Positions 1 through 11,824 of a stretch of 64,000 nt of DNA are shown in pieces. The DNA lies in the NCBI GenBank assembly GCA_038087875.1, contig CM075980.1:9486001-9550000 (forward strand), read 5' to 3'. The translations under genes were made by a program, and so were the position numbers. The notes under the pieces were generated by a model. The model ran no database searches and was not told the origin of the DNA. It was given only the letters and a program-made list of their open reading frames with translations. The first letter of the stretch is position 1. The number at the start of each line of letters is the position of its first letter. Source of the stretch: Malacoraja senta (lineage: Eukaryota).

Positions 1-82
1 TTTCGATTGATGTTGCAGGGGCTGGTGTATGAAATTATTGGAAGTCTCACTCATCTCCAAAATTATAACATTCAAATAGAAC

Positions 83-149
83 CTGAAGAAGAGTTTCTCC
101 AGCATTTTTGTCGACCTTCGATTTTCCAACATCTGCAGTTCCTTTTTAA
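83..149 (+). mobile_element. Internally deleted copy of the same short repeat, with 15-bp TSD
   Basis: ACATTCAAATAGAAC at 68-82 and 150-164; fuller copy at 18976-19101. Confidence 0.65.
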
Positions 150-1898
150 ACATTCAAATAGAACATGCCTTGAAGCCCGTAACGTAACCTCTACGTTACA
201 CATAGTTGGCGCATGGGCTCAAACGGCGCTCTTGAGTTGAGATTTCAAATAATTCAGCGCCATCTAATAACTAAGTTTATTTTCACCTGTCTTGACATCG
301 TCCCCTCCCTTCCAGAATTCCAAGCCTAGAACCGGCATCCCGGTATCTAAAACTGTCAAAGGCAATAGGAAATATTTATGATATTGTCCCTGTTTTCAGA
401 GCGCAGTCCCGGCCAGTATAACTTCTCTTTGTAGTACAATCTCCGCAACATAGGAATTAATTTGTGAATGAAGGTTGCAATCCCTCCATTGTATCAGCAT
501 TCGTACAACTTGCAGCGCATGCATCTGATATCCAACTGCGCAATTATAGAAAACAATTTAAAGATTTAATTTTTTTAAATCCGCGCTTTTTCAGGAGCTT
601 GTCAAAAACAATCCCTTTTGGTGCGACAGTATTAACAGCATTTAGTGCTATTGAAACGAGGACCGCGTGAAATGTGTTTTACGATAGCAAGAGAAGGGCT
701 GTACAATAACTGCAAATGCTTAAATCCTGAATAAAACACAAAGTGCTGGGGGACACAGTGGGTCAGGCAGCAGCTGTGAAGCGAATGAACCTGTTCATTC
801 CCTTCCAAGATGCTGCCTGATCCTCCGAGTTCCTCCAGCATTTTGTGTTTTACACAATAGAGTATGGCGAACATCGATGCGAATATCAGCAGTCTTACCT
901 CATTCGTTGAGACGACAATGGATTTTATTTACACTAAGAGGGAATGTGCATTGATATCTTACGTTTCGCAACCCCAGTATCCAAAGGCAGTAAGGCAGTA
1001 AGGTATTGGCCTAGATACATCTGGGGACATTTCTTTCGAACTGAAATTTCTTCTTCGGTTTGGTGTAACGATAAACATTGATGCATAATAACTGTCGTTA
1101 TTTGTTGGAAAATGCATTTAATGAACTTGCACATTGTGTGACTTTAGCACCCACGACCTTGCCCATGTGTATGTATCGCGAGGAGGATTAAGTTGTTTAG
1201 CAGACTTTTGAATTTGTTCTTCCTGTGAACCGGCCGGGATCTTGGTCAATGCGAGTAGGTTGATTGAGGGAGTGAACATCCCGACGCCCCAGTGGTAGCC
1301 AAATATACCTTTGACACATCCATCAGAAATAGTGCAAAATTATAAACAATTGAAGTGGCGAAGGAGGTGGGGGTGGGGGGGGGGTGATAAATTCCAGCGG
1401 AAATTATCTGAATTGGTCGCACTGAAATATTTTGAGTTTGGTGGCAAAACTCGAAATCTCGCTGCTTATAATTTCAAGGATGGAGTGAAACTGACCAAAG
1501 CATTTCATTGTAAGAGTCCCGCTTTAATTAATGTTGATTTCTCTGACCGACCCCACCTTCCCCCACCCCTCCCAAGATTGTCCGAATTATTTTTTCAACC
1601 ACGAGGATGTAAATAGGATGAACATTGAATGGAACACAACGTATTTACGGGAGTGTCTCTTTCCAAAATATCTACCTAAAATCGTCTTACATTTGTGAAT
1701 TGTTTCCACACCTTTGGACAAACTGTAGTAATGATCTTCTGTTGCACAGACATTTTCACGTGTTTGCAAAAGTATATTAATTGTAAAGTAGTGGACATAT
1801 AAACATAATGAATGGTGGCTGGAGTATTCTACCCAATACTTCCAGTTGGCTCCGAAGATACTCAGTTCATATTCATCGTAAACGGCCTGAAAGATATT

Positions 1899-2135
1899 AT
1901 GTTTAAGAAAGAACTGCAGATGCTGGAAAAATCGAAGCTAGACAAAAATGCTGGAGAAATTCAGCGGGTGAGGCAGCATCTATGGAGCGAAGGAATAGGT
2001 GACGTTTCTGATCGAGACGCTTCTTCAGACCTTCTTCAGTCTGAAGAAGGGTCTCGACCCGAAACGTCGCCTATTTCCTTCGCTCCATAGATGCTGCTTC
2101 ACCCGCGGAGTTTCTCCAGCATATTTGTCTAGCTT
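1899..2135. mobile_element. Short fold-back Penelope-like repeat with hammerhead-like core, in the J-C intron
   Basis: Arms 1939-2131 are reverse complements. Flanked by direct repeat TGAAAGATATT (1888-1898, 2136-2146). Orthologous copy at 20876-21112; absent from gamma near 39955. Confidence 0.7.
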
Positions 2136-2390
2136 TGAAAGATATTCTGAATCTGTTCTCTCTCGGGAAATGTTCTCGCTGCATGCAACCTTTCAATACA
2201 TGAAAGGAGTTTGCCTGTTTCGATGCGAATATCATTCTGCTCTGAAATCCAGAGATTGCATCCCCGTCTACTCAATTCTCCCTCACACGGCAAATAATCT
2301 ATCTCTGGAACCTGGGGAAGCAAAGTAAACACTTGATTCGGAAGGCCAGCGTTAATAATTCACAATGCTGTACATCTTTCTATTTTCCAG

Positions 2391-2713
2391 ATCCCCAGCC
2401 TCCCGCGGTGTCCGTCCTTGGACCTTCAGAGGAAGAAATCGCGGGAAAGGGCACCGCCACTCTGGTGTGTTTGGTGAACGGGTTCAACCCGGGCGTTGTG
2501 GACATTGAGTGGACGGTGGACGGCAGTGCAAGAAGTGATGGCGTCGACACAGGCCGAGCCCAGCAGGATCAGGACAACACGTTCAGTACCAGCAGTTACC
2601 TGACTCTGCCAGCGTCAGACTGGAACTCACACGAGCTTTACTCCTGTGTGGTTAAACACGAGACTCAGGCTAACCCACTGAAGATTAACATCGCCAGATC
2701 TGGTTGTACTTGA
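2391..2713 (+). CDS. IGLC: Ig light chain constant exon C1 (type II/lambda-like); its VJ exon is upstream of the window
   Basis: Acceptor tttctattttccag ends at 2390. Exon reads (x)PQPPAVSVLGPSEEEIAGKGTATLVCLVNGFNPG..IEWTVDG..YSCVVKHETQANPLKINIARSGCT*, a C1-set Ig domain with the penultimate Cys for the H-L disulfide. The N-terminal part of ORF 2333-2713 is intron. Confidence 0.95.
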
Positions 2714-2749
2714 TTCAAAAATATGATATCTTGAATTGATACATTTGGA

Positions 2750-2755
2750 AATAAA
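2750..2755 (+). terminator. Polyadenylation signal of C1
   Basis: AATAAA 37 nt after the stop, at the same position in C2 and C3. Confidence 0.7.
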
Positions 2756-3092
2756 ATTCACGCTCAGAGATTATATGTCTGTTTTCTTTTATAGATTTTT
2801 TCACTCTCAGCAATTGCACAATGTAATTGCTTAAGGAGGGGAGAGCAATATTGTCTCGTTTATCTCCCTGCATTGCTCGACTATTTTGTACCAAAACAAT
2901 GAAATCCTAAATATGCATTAATACATTAGTAAATATGCTGAGCAACAGTTAGGACGGAAACGATGCAGTACACGAACAGTTTATTCGCCATGGTTATGTT
3001 TCCAGGCCATGGCGCCGAATTAAACTAATCCAAGTTTGTCTTTTTAAAGTAATTCTAGGTGGGTTACGGCGGGAAAGAACAATGAATGGCTA

Positions 3093-3305
3093 TGAAAGGA
3101 ACTACAGATACTGTTTTTCACTGGAGATAAACACGAAATGCTGGAGTAACTCAGCGGGACAGGCAACATCTCTGGATAGATGGACTGCCCTTCAGTGTGA
3201 AGAAGGGTTACCATTCTTTCTCTCCAGAGATTCTGCCTGTCCCGCTGAGTTACACCAGCATTTTGTGTCTATCTTCAGTGTAAACCAGTATCTGTAGTTC
3301 CTTCC
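3093..3305. mobile_element. Fold-back repeat of the same superfamily (paralogues near 22075-22275 and 40950-41160)
   Basis: Arms gctggagtaactcagcgggacagg / cctgtcccgctgagttacaccagc are reverse complements. Confidence 0.6.
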
Positions 3306-4284
3306 TACGTACTTCCGGGAACCGTGGTCCAAATTGTTGTCAATGATCCGGTCTCACATTTAAAAGCATATCAGTGACTGTCTCCGTTACTACATACCAA
3401 ATTTACATAGGATTTTCTCTTGGCCGATTTTAAACATTGCATAATTTTTACATTCTAAACGGGTGTCAATGATAGTTATAAGCGAGCAAGTGGTGATGCA
3501 ACGCGTCAGCTGTAAGTTTATGGAAGCGTTAATTCGCAACCTCCCAATAATGTGCAGAGTCACCTTCTCTGATTATATTTTCACAAAAGTGACAATGTTG
3601 CCACTTCCGTAGTCCAGTACTCCAGTAGGGTACTCTAGTACCGTAGACTTCATTCAGACTGATTATGGAGTACACAACTCACCGGAAAATTAAAAACGAT
3701 CAAGTAAGATGGGAAAGTTTGCATTGGTTTGTAGAGGACCAGTGCAACAACAACCGGAGAGGGCTAGGTAAATAAAGCAGAAGAAAAATGCTGGAGGAAC
3801 TCGGGTGGTCAGAGGATCTGGTGGCAAAGAGACAGGAAATGTTTGGGGTCGTGTGCGTGCATCCGGATTGTTTGTGGAGGGGAGGTAGCCAATGTAAAGA
3901 GCAAGAGTGGGGGATGAGGCAGGGGCTGGCAGGTGAGAAGTGGAACTAGTTAAGAAGGGACAGAAGGTGCCATGTTAAAGAGGGGAAGTGATAGAGTTGG
4001 GAAAAAGCAGCTGGTGGGTGGGTGATAGATACTGATATGGGGAGAGATGCAAAAATGAGAAAATAGGCTGAGGTGGGGGGGGGGGTTTAGACACAGAATG
4101 TGGAAGATGATAAGTAAAGACACGGGAGGCTGCATTTACGGAAACTGTTGGTGGAGAAAGTGTGGGTTGGTGGGCACATGGAACCAGTTGGACAAGGAGT
4201 ATGAGAAGGAGACTTGCGTAGATCTGTTTAAAAGTTCTCACTTTTAATCAATTAAGGAAATACACAGCGATGTTTCAAACTGGG

Positions 4285-4475
4285 ATAGACACAAAAAGCT
4301 GCAGTAATTCAGCGGGACAGGCAGCATCTCTGGAGAGAAGGAATGGGTGTCCAAGAAGGGTCTCGACCCGAAACGTCAATCATTCCTTCTCTCCAAAGAT
4401 GCTGCCTGTCCCGCTGAGTTACTAAAGCTTTTTGTGTCTATCTTCGGTTTAAACAAGCATCTGCAGTTCCTCCCC
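4285..4475. mobile_element. Fold-back repeat of the same superfamily (paralogues near 23270-23460 and 42075-42265)
   Basis: Inverted arms around ccaagaagggtctcgacccgaaacgtc. Confidence 0.6.
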
Positions 4476-4873
4476 GCACATTTTATCTCACTGGGATAGT
4501 GTACATTCGAAAGGAGGGGATAAATGATACGATTTGCACTGGAAATGAGATTAATAACAGGATTCAGCATTGAGATGTCACTATGACGATCAGATATGTC
4601 ACTATGTCACTATGATGATAATAGTCACAATAACGATTTTAAAAAAACGATTCCACAATGGGTGAGATGGTGCCCCTCAAATCAAATTGAATGAACTATG
4701 GGCTAGCAGTTAGATCGGTATTAGGGGGCGGGATGCAATAATCCAGGGTTTGCTCATTAGTTGGTTAAGCGGAGTTCCCTTCCAGTCAGGAGAGGCGCAG
4801 ATCGTAAAACGTTACGATGGGGAATAAACTGGGTGAAAACAAGAAACAAACGGTTTAAGTGAGTGAGCAAAAT

Positions 4874-5276
4874 AATAGACAATAGACAATAGATTATAGA
4901 CAATAGACAATAGGTGCAGGAGTAGGCCATTCAGCCCTTCGAGCCAGCACCGCCATTCAATGTGATCATGGCTGATCATCCCCAATCAGTACCCCGTTCC
5001 TGCCTTCTCCCCATAACCCCTGACTGTGCTATTTTTAAGAGCCCTATCTAGCTCTCTCTTGAAAGCATCCAGAGAACCCGCCTCCACCACCCTCTGAGGC
5101 AGAGAATTCCACAGACTCACCACTCTCTGTGAGAAAAAGTGTTTCCTCGTCTCCGTTCTAAATGGCTTTCTCCTTATTCTTAAACTGTGGCCCCTGGTTC
5201 TGGACTCCCCCAACATCGGCAACATGTTTCCTGCCTCTAGCGTGTCCAAACCCTTAACAATCTTATATGTTTCAAT
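4874..5276 (-). mobile_element. CR1-type LINE 3' end with (GTCTATT)n tail
   Basis: Encodes the ORF2 C-terminus (..RTRGHSLRIRRKPFRTETRKHFFSQRVVSLWNSLP..). Also at 23860-24267; empty site in gamma near 42643. Confidence 0.85.
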
Positions 5277-6509
5277 AGCATGTGGATTTGACCGTGGAGA
5301 ATTAAGAAATCGTCTGTGGTCCCAGGATTCCTGAGTGGGGTCCTTGTATGCCACCCGCATTCAACATTCACGGATCGTCGTCTTAATGGACTTGGAAGGG
5401 CATTTTGAACGGCCAAAACTGTCCCCGAAACGAGCTTGGTCCTTGAATAATATGATGCGAGCGATGTGATGGTCCACGAAAGCGCATCCTGAAAGCTCTT
5501 GACAAAATGGGGAAATCGTCTCCTAGTTTTGCTGTTTGTCAAACTAGTGGAGGTCTTTCAATGTCTCTAAACCTTTCTGACATTCAGAAGCCATTAAAGG
5601 TACAGAAATAGATTAAAGTAAATTTCATTCAAGGTAAAGCAAATAAACACAATTAAAATATGAATACAATATGAAACATGAAACATGAAATATAAAAGAT
5701 GGAACATCAGATAATTGAAATAAATAAAAATGTATTTAGTCTTCAGTTTTGGCCCCAGAACCTTCTTTCAAATGAATGAGCCCATAGATCCTGCAGGAGA
5801 TTAAATAGTAATCTAAAGGAATCTCAGTCAGCCCTCACTCCACCGATGGGAATACCCTGGTGTGGACTGCGTTGGCGCTGCAGGTAGACCATCTGGCTCG
5901 GATTTCCTGCGAGGTGGGTTGAACCCTGAGCTCCGATGCAGTCTTTGCGCTATTTTCTCCGTCTACCAGTGACGCCACCAACCCTCCCCCCTCCTCCCAA
6001 CGCCCCCCCCCCCCCGACACCCAGTGAGCTCAAATGTCTCATCAAATCCAAGGATCGTGCAGTTTGTTGGGCTAATTGGCCACTGTAAATTTCAATTAAT
6101 GTAGGAGCATTCATTGGCATTGTGAGCGAATAGGTTACGAGGAAATAAGCAGGAGAACGGGATAGATTGGATTGTTCTCGGACCTGCCATCACTCCCATT
6201 CATGTCGTTGTCAAATCTGGAATCACAGCATGAAAATATCAAGCAGTCATCCGGATGTCCATATATGGGACCTCCCGTTAATGTGGAAGTACTTATATTT
6301 ATTTTTAATAATTTTGAGAGCTTTTGTTATTTGTGGAAAATTTGCTTTCCGCTGAGGAATTAGAAACTGTTGGCCAATCAGCAGATTTAGAATTCATGTA
6401 AACTAAACACGGATAGCTGAAGTACAAATGAAAAAGGAGGTAAAACATCACTGGAATGTGCTTCTTTATCACAGATTGGTGATAACACTCATAACCCATA
6501 ACATTTCAT

Positions 6510-7310
6510 ACCAAGAGGAGTTGAGTATAGGAGCAAAGAGGTCGTTCTGCAGTTGAATGCGGATAAATGTGAGGCTGGGAAAAGGGGAAGTACAACGGGA
6601 TCTGGGGGTCATTGTACATCAGTGTATGAAAGTAAGCATGCAGGTACAGCAGGCAGTGAAGAAAGCGAATGGCGTGTTGGCCTTTATAACAAGAAGAATC
6701 GAATATAGGAGCAAAGAGGTCTATCTGTAGTAGTTCAGAGCCCTAGTGAGACCACACCTGGAGTATTGTGTGCAGTTTTGCTCCCCTAATTTGAGGAAGG
6801 ACATTCTTGCTATTGAGGGAGTGCAGCGTAGGTTTACAAGGTTAATTCCCGGGATGGCGTGACTGTCATATGCTGTCATGTGCTGAGAGAATGGAGCAGC
6901 TGGGCTTGTACACTCTGGAGTTTAGAAGGATGAGAGGGGTCTCATTGAAACATAAAAGATTGTTAACGGCTTGGACACGCTAGAGGCAGGAAACATGTTC
7001 CCGGTGTTGGGGAGTCCAGAACCAGGGGCCACAATAAGGGCCACATTTAGAACGGAGGCGAGGAAACACTTTTTCTCACAGAGAGTGGTGAGTCCGTGGA
7101 ATTCTCTGCCTCAGAGGGCGGTGCAGGCAGGTTCACTGGATGCTTTCAAGAGAGAGCTGGATAGGGCTCTTAAAAATAGCGGAGTCAGGGGAAATGGGGA
7201 GAAGGCAGGAACGGGTTACTGATTGGGACGATCAGACATGATCACATTGAATGGCAGTGCTGGCTCGAAGTGCCGATTGGCCTACTCCTGCACCTATTGT
7301 CTATTGTCTA
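6510..7310 (+). mobile_element. CR1-type LINE 3' fragment
   Basis: ORF2 motifs ([11 protein letters not shown]; HFFSQRVV) and cctattgtctattgtcta tail. Paralogues at about 25490-26304 and 43845-44480. Confidence 0.8.
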
Positions 7311-7589
7311 ATCGGCCCATCAAGTATACTCGACCATTCAATCGTGGCTGGTCTATCTCTCTCCCCTAACCCCATTCTACTGCCTTCTCCCCATAACCTC
7401 TGACACCAATGAATTTGTGTATATATTTGGTATCAAAACATATACCAATGCATGGTTATCAAAGAAATGAACATGCGCCAACGTGGATCACATTCCCTTC
7501 GGGGTGTCCAAAACTGTAATCAGCTAATTCTAAATATTGGGAGTGTAGCCACAAGTGAGGAAACACAGTCGTCAACTACTACGCTGCAC

Positions 7590-10500
7590 TCCCCGAATAG
7601 CAAGAATGTCCTTCCTCAAATTTGGAGACCAAAACTGCAAACAATACCCCAGGTGTGGTCTCACCAGGGCCCTGTACAACTGCCGAAGAACCTCTTTGTT
7701 CCTATACTAAACTCCTCTTGTTATGAAGGCCAACATGCCATTCGCTTTCCTGACTGCCTGCTGTACCTGCATGCTTACTTTCAGTGAGTGATGAACAAGG
7801 ACCCCCAGATCCCATTGTACATCCCCTTTTCCCAACTTGACACCATTTAGATAATAATCTGCATTCCTGTTTTGCCACCAAAGTGGATCACCTCACATTT
7901 ATCCACATTAAACTGCATCTGCCATGCATCTGCCCACTCAGCTAACCTGTCCAAGTCAGCCTGCATCCTCATAGCATCCTCCTCACAGTTCACACTGCCA
8001 CACAGCTTTGTGTCATTTGCAAATTTGCTAAAGTTACTTTCAATCCCTTCATCTAAATCATTAATATATATTGTAAATAGCGGCAGTCCCAGCACCGAGC
8101 CTTGCGGTACCCCACTAGTCACTGCCTACCATTCTGAAAGGGACCCGTTAATCCCTACTCTTTGTTTCCTGCTTGCCAACCAATTGTCTATCCATGTCGG
8201 CACCCTACCCCCAATACCATGTGCTCTAATTTTGCCCACTAAGCTCCTATGTGGGACCTTATCAAATGCTTTCTGAAAGTCCAGGTACACTACATCCACT
8301 GGATCTCCCTTGTCCATTTTCCCAGTTACATCCTCAAAAAATTCCAGAAGATTAGTCATGCATGATTTCCCCTTCGTAAATCCATGCTGACTCGGACCGA
8401 TCCTGCTACTGCTATCCACATGTGCCGCTATTTCATCTTTTATAATTGACTCCAGCATCTTCCCTACCACCGATGTCAGGCTAACTGGTCTATAATTCCC
8501 TGTTTTTTCTCTCCCGCCTTTCTTAGAAAGTTGGATAACATTAGCTACCCTCCCATCCACAGGAACCGATCCTGATTATGTAGAACATTGGAAAATGATC
8601 ATCAATTCATCCACGATTTCTAGAGCCACTTCCCTAAGTACCCTGGGATGCAGACCATCAGGCCCAGGAGGATTTATCAGCCTTCAGTCCCATCGACACC
8701 ATTTCCTGCCTAGTGTGAATTTCCTTCAGTTCTCAGTCAGCCTAGATCCTCTAGCCACTAGTACATCAGGGAAATTGTTTGTGTCCTCCTTAGTTGTTTG
8801 TGAATGTTCCACTAGGTGGATTAATACGGGTTAATCTACATTAGTGAAGACGGATCCAAAGTACCTGTTCAACTCGTCTGCCATTTCCATGTTCCCCACA
8901 ATAAATTCGCCCTTTTCAGTCTTCAAGGGTCCAACTTTGGTCTTAAATTTTTTTTTCCTATTCACATATTTAAAGATGCTTTTACCCCCAATACAGAACT
9001 GATTATCTTCGGATCAATGGAAGATGGAAGTAAGCTAAATATGTTTCAAAAATCTCTCTTTAATTATGGCTTAATAACGGCAAAAAAACATACTTAAATT
9101 TTGGAAAAAGGCAGCTACACCAACGCTTAAAATGTGCGTCTCAAAGATGTCGGAAATGTTACATCTTGAAGAAATGAGATTCCTCCTATCAGGCAAAGCA
9201 GACCAATTCTTAATGATTTTGTCTCCTTTTATCGACTTCTTACAAGCATATGGTGCAACACAACCGTAGAAATTAAATGTTGCAGAACCGGGTGAGGGGT
9301 GGGTAAAGATATTAAATAGGTATATCTTAAGATTTTTCTTTTTATTTCCTTTTATTTCCTTCTTTTATTTCTATTTTCTTCTCTCCTTTCTTTTTTTTCT
9401 CTTCACCCATGTCTACCTTTTTGTTTACCTGTTTCTTTCTTCGGGCTTTCTTTACTATTTCACGCACTGACACTATCACCACTTCTTACGATACTCTCCT
9501 TCTATCTTTCCTTTCATCATTTTCTGTTTTATTGTTAAATTAAAAATAAGAAGTTGTACATGAACTGTAATATCTCAGTGTGTATTAAGTACTTATGTAC
9601 TACATTATTGTACTTACTTCTAATTTAAAAAAAAAAAAAAAAAAATAAAGAAGCTTTTACCCTTTATATTCCTGGCTAGCTTACCTTCGTACCTCATATT
9701 TTCTCCACGTAATGCCTTTTTAGATATTTGCTCTTTAAAAGTTACCCAATCCTCTGGCTTCCCACTCATCTTTGCTATGTTGTACTTTTATTTTATTTTA
9801 TTTTATACTGTCCCCGACTTCCCTTGTCAGCCACGGTCGACCCTTACTCCCCTTGGAATCTTTCTTCCTCTTTGGAATGAACTGATCCGGCACCTTCTGT
9901 ATTATTCCCAGAAATACCTGCCATTGTTGTTCCACTGTCATCCCATGCTAGGGTATCTTTCCAGTCAACTTGGCCAGCTCCTCCCTCATGGCTCCATAGT
10001 CCCCTTTGTTCAACTGTAATATTGACACCTCCGATTTACCCTACTCCCTCTCACATTTTAGATTAAAATGTATCATATTATGGTCACTACCTCCTAATGG
10101 CTTATTTACCTCGTGTTCCCTTATCAAATCCGGTTCATTACACAACACTAAATCCAAAATTGCCTACTCCCTGGTAGGCTCCAATACAAGCTGCTCTAAG
10201 AATCCATCACGGAGGCACTCCACAAACTCCCTTTCTTGGAGTTCTGTACCAACCTGATTTTCCCAGTCCACCTGCATGTTGAAATCTCCCATAACAACCT
10301 TTACGACATGCCAATTTTAACTCTTGATTCAACTTGCACCCTATATCCAGGCTACTGTTTGGGGGCCTGTAGATAACACCCATTCAGGTATTTTTAACCC
10401 TTACTCTTTCTCAGTTCCATCCATACTGACTCTACATCTCCTGATTCTATGTCACCCCTCGCAAAGGACTGAATTTAATTCCTCACCAACAGAGCTACTC

Positions 10501-10860
10501 CACTCCCTCTGCCCACCTGTCTGTTTTGTCGATAGGATGTATACCATTGAATATTCAGTTCCCAGCCCTGGTCCTCTTGCAGCCATGTCTCTGTAATTCA
10601 CACAACATCATACTCGCCAATTTCTGGCTCAAGCTCATCCACTTTATTTCTTATACTTCCCGCAATAAAACACTTTGACTTCGTTATTCACCTCCCCTCT
10701 CACTCCGGTCATGATTGACCCTGACCTTACTTACTCTCTTACCCTTCTCGAACATTCCTTCCAATTAATTCGGGAGTCTTTTGTAATTTTCCTGTACTCA
10801 CTTCCGCTTTAACTCTATCTTTATTCTCCCAAATTGTCAATCCCTCCCCCCCCTCCCCTC
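7590..10860 (-). mobile_element. Degenerate CR1-type LINE ORF2 (endonuclease to reverse transcriptase), interrupted by an L1 insertion
   Basis: [26 protein letters not shown]; NYRPVSLTSVVGK; VYLDFQKAFDKVPH. Ends approximate. Confidence 0.85.
8988..9645 (+). mobile_element. 5'-truncated L1-type element with polyA tail and 17-bp TSD
   Basis: Encodes ..YGLITAKKH.LKFWKK..MRFLLSG..SPFIDFLQAY, L1 ORF2 C-terminus-like. TSD taaagawgcttttaccc at 8971-8987 and 9646-9662. Confidence 0.8.
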
Positions 10861-11824
10861 ACTTCCCATTGACTAGTTAGAACGCAACAAAAGCTTTTCA
10901 CTGTACCTCGGTACACATGACAATAAACTAAACTCGAGCTCCAAGTAGAGGTTGCTATTGAATCAGCCATGGTGCTTTTGAATGACGGAGAAATTTTCAG
11001 GTGCTAAGCATCCCAAATTTGTTACAAATTGTATTTTCTGAAGCATATCAGCGATTCATGGGGTTTGTGATCATCTGATAGCTTCATGGCTACCGTCGTC
11101 CCAAACAAAGATGATCTTTTTCCCAAGTAGCTCTTGGAAGTCATTACTAATTCAAACCCGCAAACAATGGAACATAATGTCGGAAGTAACACACATTTTC
11201 TTATGCTATTATATATCACACCAAGTCGAGTGTAAATAGGCGCGCGAAAATACGGCAGCTATATTGCACTAAGACGTTAAATTTAAAAATAGTAACGGAA
11301 TGCATTATCTCATTACAACAATTTCAAAGCATCATTTTATTAAATATGGACGCCAAATTCATTAAAAAAGCCGTAGTAATCAGGATGGCTTTTCGGCAAT
11401 AGTAATCGAGCATCTCGATATGGAATATCCATAATATTAACGACCTGGGAAATATGTATTGATTTTGGATTTCAACATCTCAGCAGATTTTATTGGATAA
11501 TACATGAACAAGATGGAAACAACAAGATGCCCCATCTACGCTGGTCCCACGTGCCCCTATGTGGTCCATATCCCTAGAAACCTTTTCTGCCCATATATCT
11601 GTCCGTGTCCTTGAAATTTAGTTATATTACCTGCTTCAACTACCTCCTCTGACAGCGTATTTCATACATCCACCGCCCACTGTGTGAAAATGTCCACCCC
11701 AAACCCCCCCCCCCCCCCCCACCCCCGTTTCTTTTAAATCTTTCCCCTGTCACCTTAAACCAATGTCCTCTGATTCTTGATTTCCCCCTCTGGCTACAAC
11801 TCTGTGCATGAATCCTATCTTTCC

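Larger units (their letters stand above)
1..11211 (+). repeat. Segmental duplication unit alpha (3' part), containing C1
   Basis: Position 1 aligns to 18894 and the sequence is colinear with 18894-30611 at high identity. Confidence 0.85.

Noticed and set aside
2333-2390. N-terminal extensions of the C ORFs (MIRKASVNNSQCC.., also at 21312, 40117, 56189)
   Set aside because: These are intron upstream of clear polypyrimidine-AG acceptors and begin at non-ATG codons in the track.
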